This document shows, piece after piece, positions 26,531 through 36,209 of a stretch of 64,000 nucleotides of DNA. The position numbers and the translations under genes were made by a program. Source of the stretch: Clostridiales bacterium (GTDB lineage: Bacteria; Bacillota; Clostridia; Christensenellales; Aristaeellaceae). The stretch spans positions 5,941-69,940 of the forward strand of contig JAAYUF010000050.1 of the NCBI GenBank assembly GCA_012517815.1. Direction: 5' to 3'. Under the pieces are notes generated by a model. The model was not told where the DNA came from, did not search any database, and saw nothing but the letters and a program-made list of their open reading frames with translations. Position 1 is the first letter of the stretch. Every line of letters begins with the position of its first letter.

Positions 26531-26964
26531 AGCCGAATCCGTCCTTGGGCGGCTGGCGGTCGCCCGTAGCAGGGCCGCGCCGTTTTCGCCCCTGCATACC
26601 CCATTGCCATTTTGCACCCAATCGGTTATCCTTGGGGCGTACCCGTTTGGGAATGTCCCATTTTGCTTTGCCGTCGCCTGCCGCGTCGAACCGGGCCCTG
26701 GGGATGCCCGTCTGCGAGGAACGCCGGCCCGTTCCCAACGGCAACCAAGGGCGAAAGCGAGAAGCCGCGCCGTTACGGATTTCGGAGGCGCACATCCTCT
26801 CTGAAAGGGGCGTCGCCTGTACCGGCCGAGTAGGCCGCTCCCTACGCTGCGTCGTGTGCGAACCGGCTCGGCGAACCCCGCGCGCGCCCGGCGGCCCGTC
26901 GCTCCGGCAAGCCGTAACGCAAGAAAACCGTTGATCCCCTGTGTCCGGTTGGAGGTGAACAGCG

Positions 26965-27891
26965 ATGACGCCCGTGGACAAGCCCGAATATCAGGCATAC
27001 CGGGAAGCCCTCAGCGGCGATTACTCGGTGCGGCACAAATGCACGCACACCAGCGAAAAATCGCGCTTCCATATCCATAACGAGTTTGAGCTGCTGCTCT
27101 GCCTGAGCCCGGATATCCGGCTGGACACGGGCGACCAGTCCGTTCTCCTGCCGCGCTACTCGCTTTTGCTGTTCAACAACATGGATTTGCACCTGATCAG
27201 CCTGACCAAACCGGGCGCGGAAAGCGACCGGTATGTGGTATACTTCAAACCCGAGTATATCAGCGCGCTTTCCACCGACCGAACGGATCTGCTGGAGTGC
27301 TTCCTGCTGCGCCCCTTCCCGGACGCCAACATCCTCCCGCTCACGCCTGAAACGGCCCATGAGCTGGCGGGGATGCTGGACCGGATCATCGCGCTGGATC
27401 AGCAGCCCGAGGAGGCGGCTTTCGGCAACGATTTGCAGGTGAAAATGATGCTGGCGGAATACCTGCTGCGCGTCAACCGCCTGTACCGCGCGCACCACCG
27501 CATCGACGGCTCGGGCACGCAAAGCGGTTACCGCACGGTATATGCGATGCTCAACCACCTGCACCGCAACTTTGCCGACGAGATCAGCCTGGACCAGCTC
27601 GCCCATCAGTTTTTCATCAACAAGTTCTATCTGTGCACGCTGTTTCGGGAGATCACCGGCATGACCCCCCGGCAGTACCTGATCTCCTGCCGTCTGCTGA
27701 AAGCGCGGGAGCTGCTGCTCAACGGCATGCCCGTGGAAGAAGTCTGCGGCCGGGTGGGGTACAACAACCTCTCGCATTTCAGCCGCGCCTTCAAGGAAAA
27801 AGTGGGCGTCAGTCCCAAGAAGTACCAGCTCCGGATGCAGGATGCCCAGCCCGCGGCTCATCCCGACGTGACTGGCCCGAGCACCCCTTAG
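26965..27891 (+). CDS. AraC family transcriptional regulator (N-terminal cupin-like sensor plus C-terminal dual HTH)
   Basis: 308 aa. C-terminal LDQLAHQFFINKFYLCTLFREITGMTPRQYL...VGYNNLSHFSRAFKEKVGVSPKKY. GGAGGTG RBS. Confidence 0.9.
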   Translation: MTPVDKPEYQAYREALSGDYSVRHKCTHTSEKSRFHIHNEFELLLCLSPDIRLDTGDQSVLLPRYSLLLFNNMDLHLISLTKPGAESDRYVVYFKPEYISALSTDRTDLLECFLLRPFPDANILPLTPETAHELAGMLDRIIALDQQPEEAAFGNDLQVKMMLAEYLLRVNRLYRAHHRIDGSGTQSGYRTVYAMLNHLHRNFADEISLDQLAHQFFINKFYLCTLFREITGMTPRQYLISCRLLKARELLLNGMPVEEVCGRVGYNNLSHFSRAFKEKVGVSPKKYQLRMQDAQPAAHPDVTGPSTP

Positions 27892-27979
27892 CAAGGGCCG
27901 GATCGGTCGGCGGGGAGGTTGCCTCAGGCCGCACGCCTAACCAAGGCAGGCAAGGCTGACAATATAACCTTTGAACAGG

Positions 27980-28012
27980 AAAACCGGACGCGGGGCATTG
28001 CCCCGCGTCCGG
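27980..28012 (-). terminator. rho-independent terminator after the GRE operon (may also stop the convergent araC-type gene)
   Basis: 12-bp stem ccggacgcgggg / ccccgcgtccgg with loop cattg. On the minus strand it is followed by TTTTCCTGTTC. Confidence 0.7.
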
Positions 28013-28199
28013 TTCGGTGGTCGCAAACTGTGCCTGCGGTTGTCGCCACCCGCCGCATCGCCCTTCAGGCTGTGCGCCGGCTGTCCTGATCCTTCTTCGG
28101 ATAAGCGGTGGTGCTCCGCAGCAAACCCCGCAAGGGTTCCACCTTTGACCCGGTTCCGCCGTGGCGCAGGAAGACCGGCCGGCAACCCTGCGGCTGCGC

Positions 28200-29294
28200 C
28201 TACGCCTTCGCCTCGGGGCCGAAGCATTGCAGCAAGTGCAGCGGTTTTCCGGGTGCGGCCGTCAGGCGCAGGTTTTTCACCCCGGCTGGAATCCAGTACT
28301 GCTCCGCCTGCCGGATGGGCTGCGAGTCCCCTTCGCACGTCATCGCGCCTTCCCCCATCAGGATGTACAGCCCACAGAAAACGCCGGGGCAGCGCAGGTC
28401 AAACCGCGTTTGCACATCCAGCCTGGATAACTGGAACATCGGCGTGTCGCCGTAGGTCACCAGCGCCGTGAGGGTGCCGCCCGGCTGCGTTTCCAGCGTG
28501 CGGCTGGGCAGGAACCACCGCTTGCGCACGGCCTCGCGGGTCATCGAGTCGTAATGGAAGCAATCGAACATCCGCTCGAAGCCCAGTCCCTGATGGCACA
28601 TGGCATCCGCCACCGCGAAACCCGACGGGGTCGTGCGCTCCACCCGGATGGTGTAATCGGTGGGCTCCTGAATCTCCGCCAGAAAGCACCCCGCGCCGAT
28701 GGCGTGCGGAATGCCGCCCTCTATCAGCAGGGTGTCGCCGGGCTCCACGTCAAACCGGTAGAGGCAGGAAAGCATCCCCGGGATATCCTGACGGTCAAAC
28801 AGCGCCTTCCACCCCTCGCGGGTTGTGCCCTGCCGAAAGCCGAGATAAACGCAGGGCTTCTCCCCGCCGACTTCCCGCCCGCCCAGAATGTGCCAGCACT
28901 CGGTTTTCCCGTACGCGCTTTGAAACAGCTCCATCGCCTTTTGCCGGTCGGGGTGCACCTGCACGGTCAGCCGCTCGGCGGAGTCGATCAGCTTGAGCAG
29001 CACCCCCGGCTGCGGGCCGTTCGCGGCAACATGCCTCGCGCCCAGCGCGGCTTCGGGGTTTTGCTCCATCCAGCTTTTCAGGGTGATCCCCGTGCCGTAC
29101 AGGTGGCTTAAGCCTTCTTCGGGAAAGGCTTCCCAGCCGGCGTTGCGCGCGCTGACCACCGAAAGGATCCATTCCTCGGGGAAATGCCCGTCCTCCCCCG
29201 TTTCGCCATGCAGGGCGCTGAGCATGCTCCCGCCCAGATAGGTGCGCCAGGCGCGGGGGTTGTCCAGCCGCGCCGGCCGATCATATTCTGCCAT
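28200..29294 (-). CDS. type I phosphomannose-isomerase-like cupin (PMI paralog 1)
   Basis: Start at ATG 29294 (MAEYDRP...) after GAGG. Motifs EEWILSVV, LTVQVHPD, YGKTECWHIL, GIPHAIGAGCFLAEIQEPTDYT correspond to the class I PMI zinc site and fold. Confidence 0.8.
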   Translation of the reverse strand: MAEYDRPARLDNPRAWRTYLGGSMLSALHGETGEDGHFPEEWILSVVSARNAGWEAFPEEGLSHLYGTGITLKSWMEQNPEAALGARHVAANGPQPGVLLKLIDSAERLTVQVHPDRQKAMELFQSAYGKTECWHILGGREVGGEKPCVYLGFRQGTTREGWKALFDRQDIPGMLSCLYRFDVEPGDTLLIEGGIPHAIGAGCFLAEIQEPTDYTIRVERTTPSGFAVADAMCHQGLGFERMFDCFHYDSMTREAVRKRWFLPSRTLETQPGGTLTALVTYGDTPMFQLSRLDVQTRFDLRCPGVFCGLYILMGEGAMTCEGDSQPIRQAEQYWIPAGVKNLRLTAAPGKPLHLLQCFGPEAKA

Positions 29295-29302
29295 CGCGCG
29301 CC

Positions 29303-30067
29303 TCAAAAGCTGCGCGTGGTGCCGGTGGGCTTATGCACCTCGTCCAGGTAGGCGTTGCCTCGCTCGGGATCGGGGATGAAATCGATCCAGATATAATGGG
29401 AAACCTCGTCCCCGGTAACGCTCACGCCGTGGTTGGAGCCCAGCGGGATATGCAAAAGCGTATCCGGCCCCATGGGGTAGCGCAGATCGTCGATCAGCAG
29501 CGTCATGTGGTTCTCCGGGAAGGAGAAGAAGAACTGATCCAGCAGGGGATGCTCGTGCTGGCCGATCAGATCGTCGGCGTAGGTTTCCACGCTGCCCATA
29601 GCGAAGCGGGGCAGGGTGCGGTGTGGCAGAATCGCGCGGCTGATGGTCTTTTCGCTCTTGAACGGATCGCGGTACTGCATCGCGTCCAGATAGCGCTGCG
29701 TGTAGGGGAAATCGGCGGTTTTGGCAGCCAGCTCGGCGCGGTCGGCATCGATCAGTTCCCAGCGAATCTCCAGCACGTGTGCGGCGCGGGTGGCTTTCAC
29801 CCCGGTGTTCTGCTCCGGCAGCGGCACGAAAACCGCCTTCTCGGCGTAGGCCCATTCCCGCCCGGCCGCGGCGAACACCGCCTCGCCCGCGCAGAGGAAC
29901 AGGATGCGGATAAACCGCGAATCGGCCGGCAGCGAGAGCGTGCCGCCCTCCGGGATCACGTGAAGGAATACCGTGGCCCCGGGGATCGCCCCGGGCAGCA
30001 GCGCTTCGCCGGAGCGGGACGCGCCTTTCAGGTCCAGTTTCACTTCCTGAATATCCTGTGCTTTCAT
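29303..30067 (-). CDS. bicupin protein of unknown function
   Basis: 254 aa. The C-terminal cupin has metal-type motifs GQHEHPLLDQFFF and HIPLGSNHGV. The N-terminal half is a degenerate cupin. No closer family recognised. Confidence 0.6.
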   Translation of the reverse strand: MKAQDIQEVKLDLKGASRSGEALLPGAIPGATVFLHVIPEGGTLSLPADSRFIRILFLCAGEAVFAAAGREWAYAEKAVFVPLPEQNTGVKATRAAHVLEIRWELIDADRAELAAKTADFPYTQRYLDAMQYRDPFKSEKTISRAILPHRTLPRFAMGSVETYADDLIGQHEHPLLDQFFFSFPENHMTLLIDDLRYPMGPDTLLHIPLGSNHGVSVTGDEVSHYIWIDFIPDPERGNAYLDEVHKPTGTTRSF

Positions 30068-30121
30068 GTATCCGTCATCCTTTCCGGCGGCGCCTGACCG
30101 GCCCCGCTGGTTTTCTTCCTG

Positions 30122-32329
30122 TTACGCGACGTCGTCGCCGTTGACGGCCAGCACCCGATCCACCACCAGCTGGCGGAACTCGGGGCTCAGCATGGCGAAA
30201 TAGGCCGTAAAGCCGGTCACGCGCACCACCAGATCGGGGTACTTGCTGGGATCTTTGTGCGCTTGCAGAATCTTGTGCTTGTCGATGATGTTGATGTTGA
30301 GCAGCGTGTTGCCGGTCTCCAGAATCGTGCGGATCATGCTGACCATCTTCTCCACGCCTTCCTCGTTGCCGGCGATGCCCGGGTCGAGTTCCAGCTGCAC
30401 CGGGGCGCAGTTGCCGTAGAAGGGCTGCACGCTCGCGATGGAATTGCACATGGCGGTCACCGCGCCATCCTTGCGGAAGCCGGAGGTCGGGTTTGCGCCA
30501 TGGTTGATGGCTTCGCCGTTGCGTCGGCCGTTGGGCGTGGCGCGCACGCGGCTGCCGAACTCCAGCGTGTTGGCCCAGCTGAACCAGCCGGGGATAAAGT
30601 TGAGACCGGGGTAGCGGAGGCACTCCTCCCGCACGAGGTTGGTAAACAGGTTGTTGACCCGCACGGCCCACCGGTCGCCCAGCGAGTCGCCGCCGCCGAA
30701 CCGCTCGCTGTGCAGCATCATCTGGCGCAGGTACTCGCCGTCTATGTCGTTCCAGTTCAGTTCCAACTGCCGCGTGAGCGCCTTCCAGGTCAGCTTGTGC
30801 TCCTTTTCAATGCGCTGCTCGCAGGCGGCGAAGCTGTCCGCCACGGTGGCGATGCCCGCGCCGTCCATGCACATGTTAAAGTAGCGCGCGCTCTTGGTCA
30901 CGTCCAGCCCGGTTTCCACCGGCCCCTGGCTCAGGAGGTTGCAGATGAGCTCCGGCTCATTCTGGTCCTGCCAGTCCAGGTGAAAGCGGATACCCGCGGC
31001 CGTGGTGTGCACCGCGCGCGTCAGGTGTTTTTCAAAGCGTTGCCACAGCTTGTCGGTGGAAGGCTCCTCCTCCTGTTCCGTCATCTCGCGGAAGGCGACC
31101 TCAAACACCTTGGCGGTGTTGATTTTCACCAGATCGTTCAGGGTATACTCCATGCCGGGGATGCTCATCCAGCTGCAACCGGCCGCCAGCCGCTTGCGCG
31201 CGAGGGTCTGATCGTACCCGCAGCGCATGAAGCCGTTGACCAGGCTGTTGTCGCCAGAAAAGCGCGGCCAGCCGTTCTTGTTTGTAAACAGGAAGCGCAC
31301 CGCCGTGCGGAAGAAATCCTCGTTCATGTTGTCGTGCACGCGCACGGTCAGGTTGCAGGCAATGTTGATCCAGTCCGCCGCTTCCAGGATCAGGTAGCTG
31401 ATGGGGCTGGCCATATCGCGGCCGTCTTCGTCGGGGCCGGCCAGCTGGTAATAGCGCGTGTCGTTTAGGAACAGGCAGGCGATATAGAACTTGGCGGTTT
31501 CGTCGTCGATCAGCCCGGCCGCGATATCCCGCTCGTAGAACGGGCGCAGCAGCTCGTCCAGCTGCCCGCCGGACGGGCCGCGGTTATACAGGCGGCTGAA
31601 AAAACTGAACCAGCACATCCACTGGATGCATTCCCGGAGCGTCCCCGGCCGCTCGGTGGCGATTTTCAGGTTGACGCGGGACATCTCCTTGAGATTCTCC
31701 CGCAGGCAGGGATTGCGTTCCCGCTCCGCATACCCGGCGATTTCTTCGCTCACGCGCTTGAGGAAGGCGATGATCGCCTCCACCACCTGAATTTCGCTGC
31801 GGTAAAACAGCCGGTTTTCGGGCGTGGTATTCACCTGCTGAAACTTGCGCAGCTTTTCCAGAATACCGCCCCAGCCCATGTCAAAGCCCATGCGCAGGTC
31901 GGGGGTGAAGTGGCCGTCGCTGCCGATGCCGCAGATGATGTTGTACTCGTCAAACGCCGCCTTGAGCTCCGTATAGGGATGGTCGGGGTTCCAAAGGCTG
32001 CTCTTGCGGCGGGTCATGAAGAAGAACCCGCGCCCTACAAAGGCGTCCAGCGGATCGCAGTACAGCGGATGCTCCCCAAGAAGCTTGGCGTAATTGTGCG
32101 CCCAGCCTTCATAGCCGTAGTAGCTGCCGTCCGCATGGTTGGGGTCGGGCTCAAACACAAAGGCGTCCGGCGCGACCACGCGGCCGTAATCGTCCTCGTC
32201 CAGCCCGCCCTCGCGCTCGATCTTCTCCTTGGTTTGAGCCAGCTTGCGCTGTTTCAGGAGGCGAATGCGTTTATCGTACGTAAATTCCTCTTCCGCGGGA
32301 AACTCGTTGATCATGACGATGTGATCCAT
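30122..32329 (-). CDS. glycyl radical enzyme, atypical short form (735 aa), substrate unknown
   Basis: Glycyl loop DLVVRVTGFTAYF (Gly706). Finger RATPNGRRNGEAINHGANP. Cys loop LAAGCSWMSIPG (Cys385). Upstream helix block TLRECIQWMCWF. AGGAGG RBS. Confidence 0.85.
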   Translation of the reverse strand: MDHIVMINEFPAEEEFTYDKRIRLLKQRKLAQTKEKIEREGGLDEDDYGRVVAPDAFVFEPDPNHADGSYYGYEGWAHNYAKLLGEHPLYCDPLDAFVGRGFFFMTRRKSSLWNPDHPYTELKAAFDEYNIICGIGSDGHFTPDLRMGFDMGWGGILEKLRKFQQVNTTPENRLFYRSEIQVVEAIIAFLKRVSEEIAGYAERERNPCLRENLKEMSRVNLKIATERPGTLRECIQWMCWFSFFSRLYNRGPSGGQLDELLRPFYERDIAAGLIDDETAKFYIACLFLNDTRYYQLAGPDEDGRDMASPISYLILEAADWINIACNLTVRVHDNMNEDFFRTAVRFLFTNKNGWPRFSGDNSLVNGFMRCGYDQTLARKRLAAGCSWMSIPGMEYTLNDLVKINTAKVFEVAFREMTEQEEEPSTDKLWQRFEKHLTRAVHTTAAGIRFHLDWQDQNEPELICNLLSQGPVETGLDVTKSARYFNMCMDGAGIATVADSFAACEQRIEKEHKLTWKALTRQLELNWNDIDGEYLRQMMLHSERFGGGDSLGDRWAVRVNNLFTNLVREECLRYPGLNFIPGWFSWANTLEFGSRVRATPNGRRNGEAINHGANPTSGFRKDGAVTAMCNSIASVQPFYGNCAPVQLELDPGIAGNEEGVEKMVSMIRTILETGNTLLNINIIDKHKILQAHKDPSKYPDLVVRVTGFTAYFAMLSPEFRQLVVDRVLAVNGDDVA

Positions 32330-32433
32330 GGCGTTACCTCCTGTCGATCTGTGCCGGATTGTCCGCCGGGCCGACGCACCCGTCGCCGCGCGCCGGCAAG
32401 CGTCTGTCCCGCCGGTACGGGCCGTTTTTCGCG

Positions 32434-33336
32434 TCAGGCGTCCGCGCGCGCCTGGATGCCGGCTTCCCTCGCCAGCGCCAGCAGTTCCTGCATGCGGGCT
32501 TTGGGCAGCGGCTTAACGCCCGCAAAGGCGTTGGGCAGGGAAAGGCTTTCGTATTTAGGCTGCCCCAGCGGGTTAAAATTGAGCAGTTCATAGTACGTCA
32601 GGTTGCGGCAGGGTTTCAGGAAAGCCGCGATGGCCGCGATGTTCTCGTCGCTGTCCGTCGCGCCGGGCACCACCGGCGTGCGCACGATGTAGGGCACGTT
32701 CAGGCTGTCCAACCGGCGCAGGTTGTCCAGCACGGTTTCGTTGCCCGTGCCCGTCCATTTCCGGTGCGCCTCGCTGTCCATGAGCTTCAGGTCGCACATG
32801 ATCAGATCTGCCTTGGAAAGCAGCGGGGCGATGTCGTCAAAGGGTTTGTTCAGGTTGGTTTCCAGCCCGACGCGGATGCCCTGCGCGTGGCACGCGTCCG
32901 TGATCGCCATGGCAAACGCCTGCTGGCAAAGCACCTCGCCGCCCGACAGGGTCACGCCGCCCCGGCTGTCGTCATAGTAGGGCTTGTCCTGCACAACTTG
33001 CGCCATCACGCTTTCGACGGTCATCCGTTCGCCGGACATCACCATCGCGCCCGCGTAGCACACCTGCGCGCACTTGCCGCACTTGATGCACAGGTTGGGG
33101 AAGAACCGGTGCTCGCCGTCGATCCGCTTGTGCGCCTTGGAAGGGCAGGCGTACACGCACTTGTAGCACCGGATGCAGTTGCGCGCGTAATCATGCAGGT
33201 CGCGCCCGCCGTGGATCGTCTCCGGGTTATGGCACCATGCGCAGCGCATGTCGCATCCCTTGAAAAAGATGGTCGTACGGATGCCCGGGCCGTCGTTGAG
33301 GGCAAAGCGTTCAATTTCCGTGATCATGCCGTCCAT
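32434..33336 (-). CDS. glycyl-radical enzyme activating enzyme (radical SAM)
   Basis: Start placed at ATG 33336 (MDGMITEIERFALNDGPGIRT...). Radical SAM motif GCDMRCAWCHNPE, plus two ferredoxin-type motifs CIRCYKCVYACP and CIKCGKCAQVC. Confidence 0.88.
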   Translation of the reverse strand: MDGMITEIERFALNDGPGIRTTIFFKGCDMRCAWCHNPETIHGGRDLHDYARNCIRCYKCVYACPSKAHKRIDGEHRFFPNLCIKCGKCAQVCYAGAMVMSGERMTVESVMAQVVQDKPYYDDSRGGVTLSGGEVLCQQAFAMAITDACHAQGIRVGLETNLNKPFDDIAPLLSKADLIMCDLKLMDSEAHRKWTGTGNETVLDNLRRLDSLNVPYIVRTPVVPGATDSDENIAAIAAFLKPCRNLTYYELLNFNPLGQPKYESLSLPNAFAGVKPLPKARMQELLALAREAGIQARADA

Positions 33337-33453
33337 CGGTGGGGAACACTCCTTTAAGGCCGTTGCGGCGGGTGATGGGGGGGGGTTATCGTCTCTGTGT
33401 GGCAACAGTATACCGCGGCGGGGCGTTCGTTTTTGTGCTTTTCATCGCCGTTT

Positions 33454-33480
33454 TTTTGCGAAAATTGAGATTTCGGAAAA
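33454..33480. promoter_or_regulatory. pair of AT-rich near-palindromic boxes upstream of the GRE operon (possible AraC-type activator site)
   Basis: TTTTGCGAAAA (33454..33464) and ATTTCGGAAAA (33470..33480), 16 bp centre to centre. They lie 42 to 68 nt upstream of a lone TATACT -10 element (33412..33407, minus strand) that lacks a good -35. Confidence 0.25.
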
Positions 33481-33842
33481 CGACGCCGCCTTTTCCAGAG
33501 CAGCCGCGGCTGTACCCCCGGTACGGCGCGCGCCTGCGGTTCGCCCCGGAAAACCCGCGACGGCGCGCAAGCGTCGGCAGAACCGCGGCACGGTGCAAAG
33601 AGTCAAGCCCTCGCGGCGCACGGCGGCACGCGCAAAACCGAGCGTCGCCGTTGCCCCGCGGCAGATGCCCCTGCGCGCGGTACGGCCCGTGAAAAAACCG
33701 GCCCTCACGGGCTGCGCGCGGCATCGCTTGGCTGCAATGCGCGCCGCAGCCGCGGAGCCGGTTGCATGTCTCTGGGCTTCCCGTGGTTCGATTTGCCGCT
33801 TCGGCCGGTATGTCTCCTCCGGCCCGGGCCCGCCGGAAGGGC

Positions 33843-34733
33843 TCACTCAACCGCGACCCCTTCGGCCCCGACGACGGACTCCGGCCCGCACTGCCGGGCA
33901 TAGATGTACACGCTGGCGATGATGATCGCACTGCCGAGGATTACCTGCCACGCCGGCACCTCGCCAAACAGCAGCCAGCCCAGCACCGCGGCAAACACCG
34001 GCGCCAGCAGTTTCACCGAGGAAACGTAGGACGCTTTTTCAAACTTGAGGCTGTAGGAGATCATGCTGTGCCCAAGCATGGTGCACACCACGGCCAGCCA
34101 GAGGGCGCTGAGCCAGTTTATCGGCGCATGGCCGCCCGGCGGCACGCCCATGATCAGGCACGCGGCCAGCAGCGTGATCGCCGCGAAGGTATACGCCACA
34201 AAGGTGTACGCGGTGGTGGACGCGTCCTTGCGGCTGCGCTTGCCGATCAGGGTATTGGCGGCGATCAGCACCGCCGCCAGCAGCCCCAGGAGGTTCCCCT
34301 TGAGCGCGTCGGGCGAGCCCGTATCCCTGGCGGTGGTCACCAGCAGGCAGCCCACGAAAGCCGCCACGATCGCCAGCCAGCCCTTGAGCGTAACGCGCTC
34401 CCGAAACAGCACGCGCGCGCCGATGGCGACAAAAAACACTTCGCTGCATGCCAGCACCACCGCCGCCGCGATGGAGGTATGCTGCACGCTTTCAAAATAG
34501 CACAGGAAATGCAAACCCAGCACCACGCCGCTGGCCGCGAAGCTCAGAAAGCGGACGGGCGAAAGCCCGAGCAGCTCCTTACGGTGTCGGATGAACACCG
34601 GCAGCAGAAGGAAGCCCGCGGAGAGCAGCAGCCGCGCGAACGCGAGCCACACCGCGGGCGCCGTGGCGAAGCGCACCGCCAGCGACGAGGTAGACAGGCA
34701 CGCGACCGCGAAAACAACCAGCAGCTTCATCAT
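33843..34733 (-). CDS. EamA/DMT-family transporter
   Basis: 296 aa, about 10 TM segments, duplicated EamA-type halves. Confidence 0.8.
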   Translation of the reverse strand: MMKLLVVFAVACLSTSSLAVRFATAPAVWLAFARLLLSAGFLLLPVFIRHRKELLGLSPVRFLSFAASGVVLGLHFLCYFESVQHTSIAAAVVLACSEVFFVAIGARVLFRERVTLKGWLAIVAAFVGCLLVTTARDTGSPDALKGNLLGLLAAVLIAANTLIGKRSRKDASTTAYTFVAYTFAAITLLAACLIMGVPPGGHAPINWLSALWLAVVCTMLGHSMISYSLKFEKASYVSSVKLLAPVFAAVLGWLLFGEVPAWQVILGSAIIIASVYIYARQCGPESVVGAEGVAVE

Positions 34734-34814
34734 GCCACACCTTTCTTGCTCATGAACGCGCAGGCATGATGCCGGCCGCCGTTCGTGCCGGGCGGCCCGG
34801 CTCGCCCACAGCGC

Positions 34815-36209
34815 CTAGCGCTCGAACAGGCGCTCGATATTGCGGTAGCAGATGTCCTGCACCAGTTGCCCCATGCGGGGCATGTCGGGCGCGATTTCGC
34901 CTTCCTCCATCCAGGTGCCGATGATGTCGCACAGAATGCGCCGGAAGTACTCAAACCGCGGGTAAGAGGTGAAGGAACGGCTGTCGGTCAGCATCCCCAC
35001 AAACTGGGAAAGCATCCCCAGGTTCGCCAGCGTGGTCATCTGCTCCGCCATGCCGTCGCGGTGATCGTTGAACCACCAGGCGGAGCCGAACTGCATCTTG
35101 CCGGCCAGCCCGCCCTCGGCAAAGTTGCCGATCATCGTGCCCAGCACGTAGTTATCCTTGGGGTTCAGGCAATAGAGCACGGTCTTGGGCATGCCCTGAT
35201 CGTTGATGCCGTTGAGCAGGCGCCCCAGCGGCTCTGCGATGCTCAGGTCGTTGACGGAATCAAAGCCGGTATCCGGGCCCAGGCTCCGGGTCATCGCGCC
35301 GTTGACGCGGCGCATGGCCCCCAGGTGCAGTTGCATGATCATGCCCTTTTCCAGATAGCGCCCGGCCAGCCACGTGAGCAGGTACGTCTTGTACGCTTCC
35401 TCCTGTCTCCGGTCGAGGGTTTCGCCGCTCAGGGCCGCGCGAAGAATCGCGTCCGCCTCGGCCTCGCCGCACTGCGCGTACGGCACGGCGCTCAGCGCGT
35501 GGTCGGACACGCGGCAGCCCAGCGCATCGAAAACATCCAGCCGGCTCGCAAGCGCCTCGCGGAGGGTATCCAGCCCCGTAACCCGCACCGACGCCGCCTC
35601 GCCCAGCCTGCGCAGGTAGTCGGTAAAACCCGGACTGCGCACTTCCAGCGCCTGATCCGGGCGGAAGGAGGGCAACACGCGCACGGGAAAATCCCCCGCT
35701 TCGCGCAGCTTGCGGTGGTAGCGGAGGTCGTCGGCGGGGTCGTCGGTGGAGCAGATGGTTTTCACATTGGCGTTGAGGATCATCCGGCGCGTGGTCAGCC
35801 CGTCCCCAAGCACGCGGTTCGCCTGCTCCCACACGGCGGGCGCCGTATCCTCGTTGAGGGGTTCGCTGACGCCGAAATACCGCTGCAATTCCAGGTGCGT
35901 CCAGTGGTACAGCGGGTTGCCGATCGCGCGGGAAACGGTCTTTGCGTACGCCAGAAACTTATCGTACGCGGGCGCGTCGCCGGTAATCAACCGCTCCGGC
36001 ACGCCGTTTAAACGCATGGCGCGCCATTTGTAGTGGTCGCCCGAAAGCCATACCTGCGAGAGGTTATCGTAACGCCGGTCCTCGTCGATTTCGCGCACCA
36101 CCACATGGCAGTGGAAATCGTTGATCGGCATCGCGGCGGCATAGTCGTGGTACAGGGTCCTGGCCGCGTCGCTGCGCAGCAAAAAGTTCTGATCCATAAA
36201 CGGTTTCAT
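34815..36209 (-). CDS. uxaC: glucuronate isomerase
   Basis: Start at ATG 36209 behind AAAGGAG. MKPFMDQNFLLRSDAARTLYHDYAAAMPINDFHCHV is collinear with the E. coli UxaC N-terminus. 464 aa. Confidence 0.9.
   Translation of the reverse strand: MKPFMDQNFLLRSDAARTLYHDYAAAMPINDFHCHVVVREIDEDRRYDNLSQVWLSGDHYKWRAMRLNGVPERLITGDAPAYDKFLAYAKTVSRAIGNPLYHWTHLELQRYFGVSEPLNEDTAPAVWEQANRVLGDGLTTRRMILNANVKTICSTDDPADDLRYHRKLREAGDFPVRVLPSFRPDQALEVRSPGFTDYLRRLGEAASVRVTGLDTLREALASRLDVFDALGCRVSDHALSAVPYAQCGEAEADAILRAALSGETLDRRQEEAYKTYLLTWLAGRYLEKGMIMQLHLGAMRRVNGAMTRSLGPDTGFDSVNDLSIAEPLGRLLNGINDQGMPKTVLYCLNPKDNYVLGTMIGNFAEGGLAGKMQFGSAWWFNDHRDGMAEQMTTLANLGMLSQFVGMLTDSRSFTSYPRFEYFRRILCDIIGTWMEEGEIAPDMPRMGQLVQDICYRNIERLFER

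Noticed and set aside
26488-26934. 148-aa plus-strand ORF after the nagA remnant
   Set aside because: Its first residues (RRVSIGGETRYAV) are the displaced C-terminus of NagA. The rest is read-through into non-coding GC-rich spacer with no motifs.
25110-26998. Two very long minus-strand ORFs (464 and 536 aa) covering the nagA region
   Set aside because: The translations are Arg/Pro/Ala-rich with no recognisable domain. They run antisense to clear NagB and NagA homology on the plus strand. They are open only because of GC bias.
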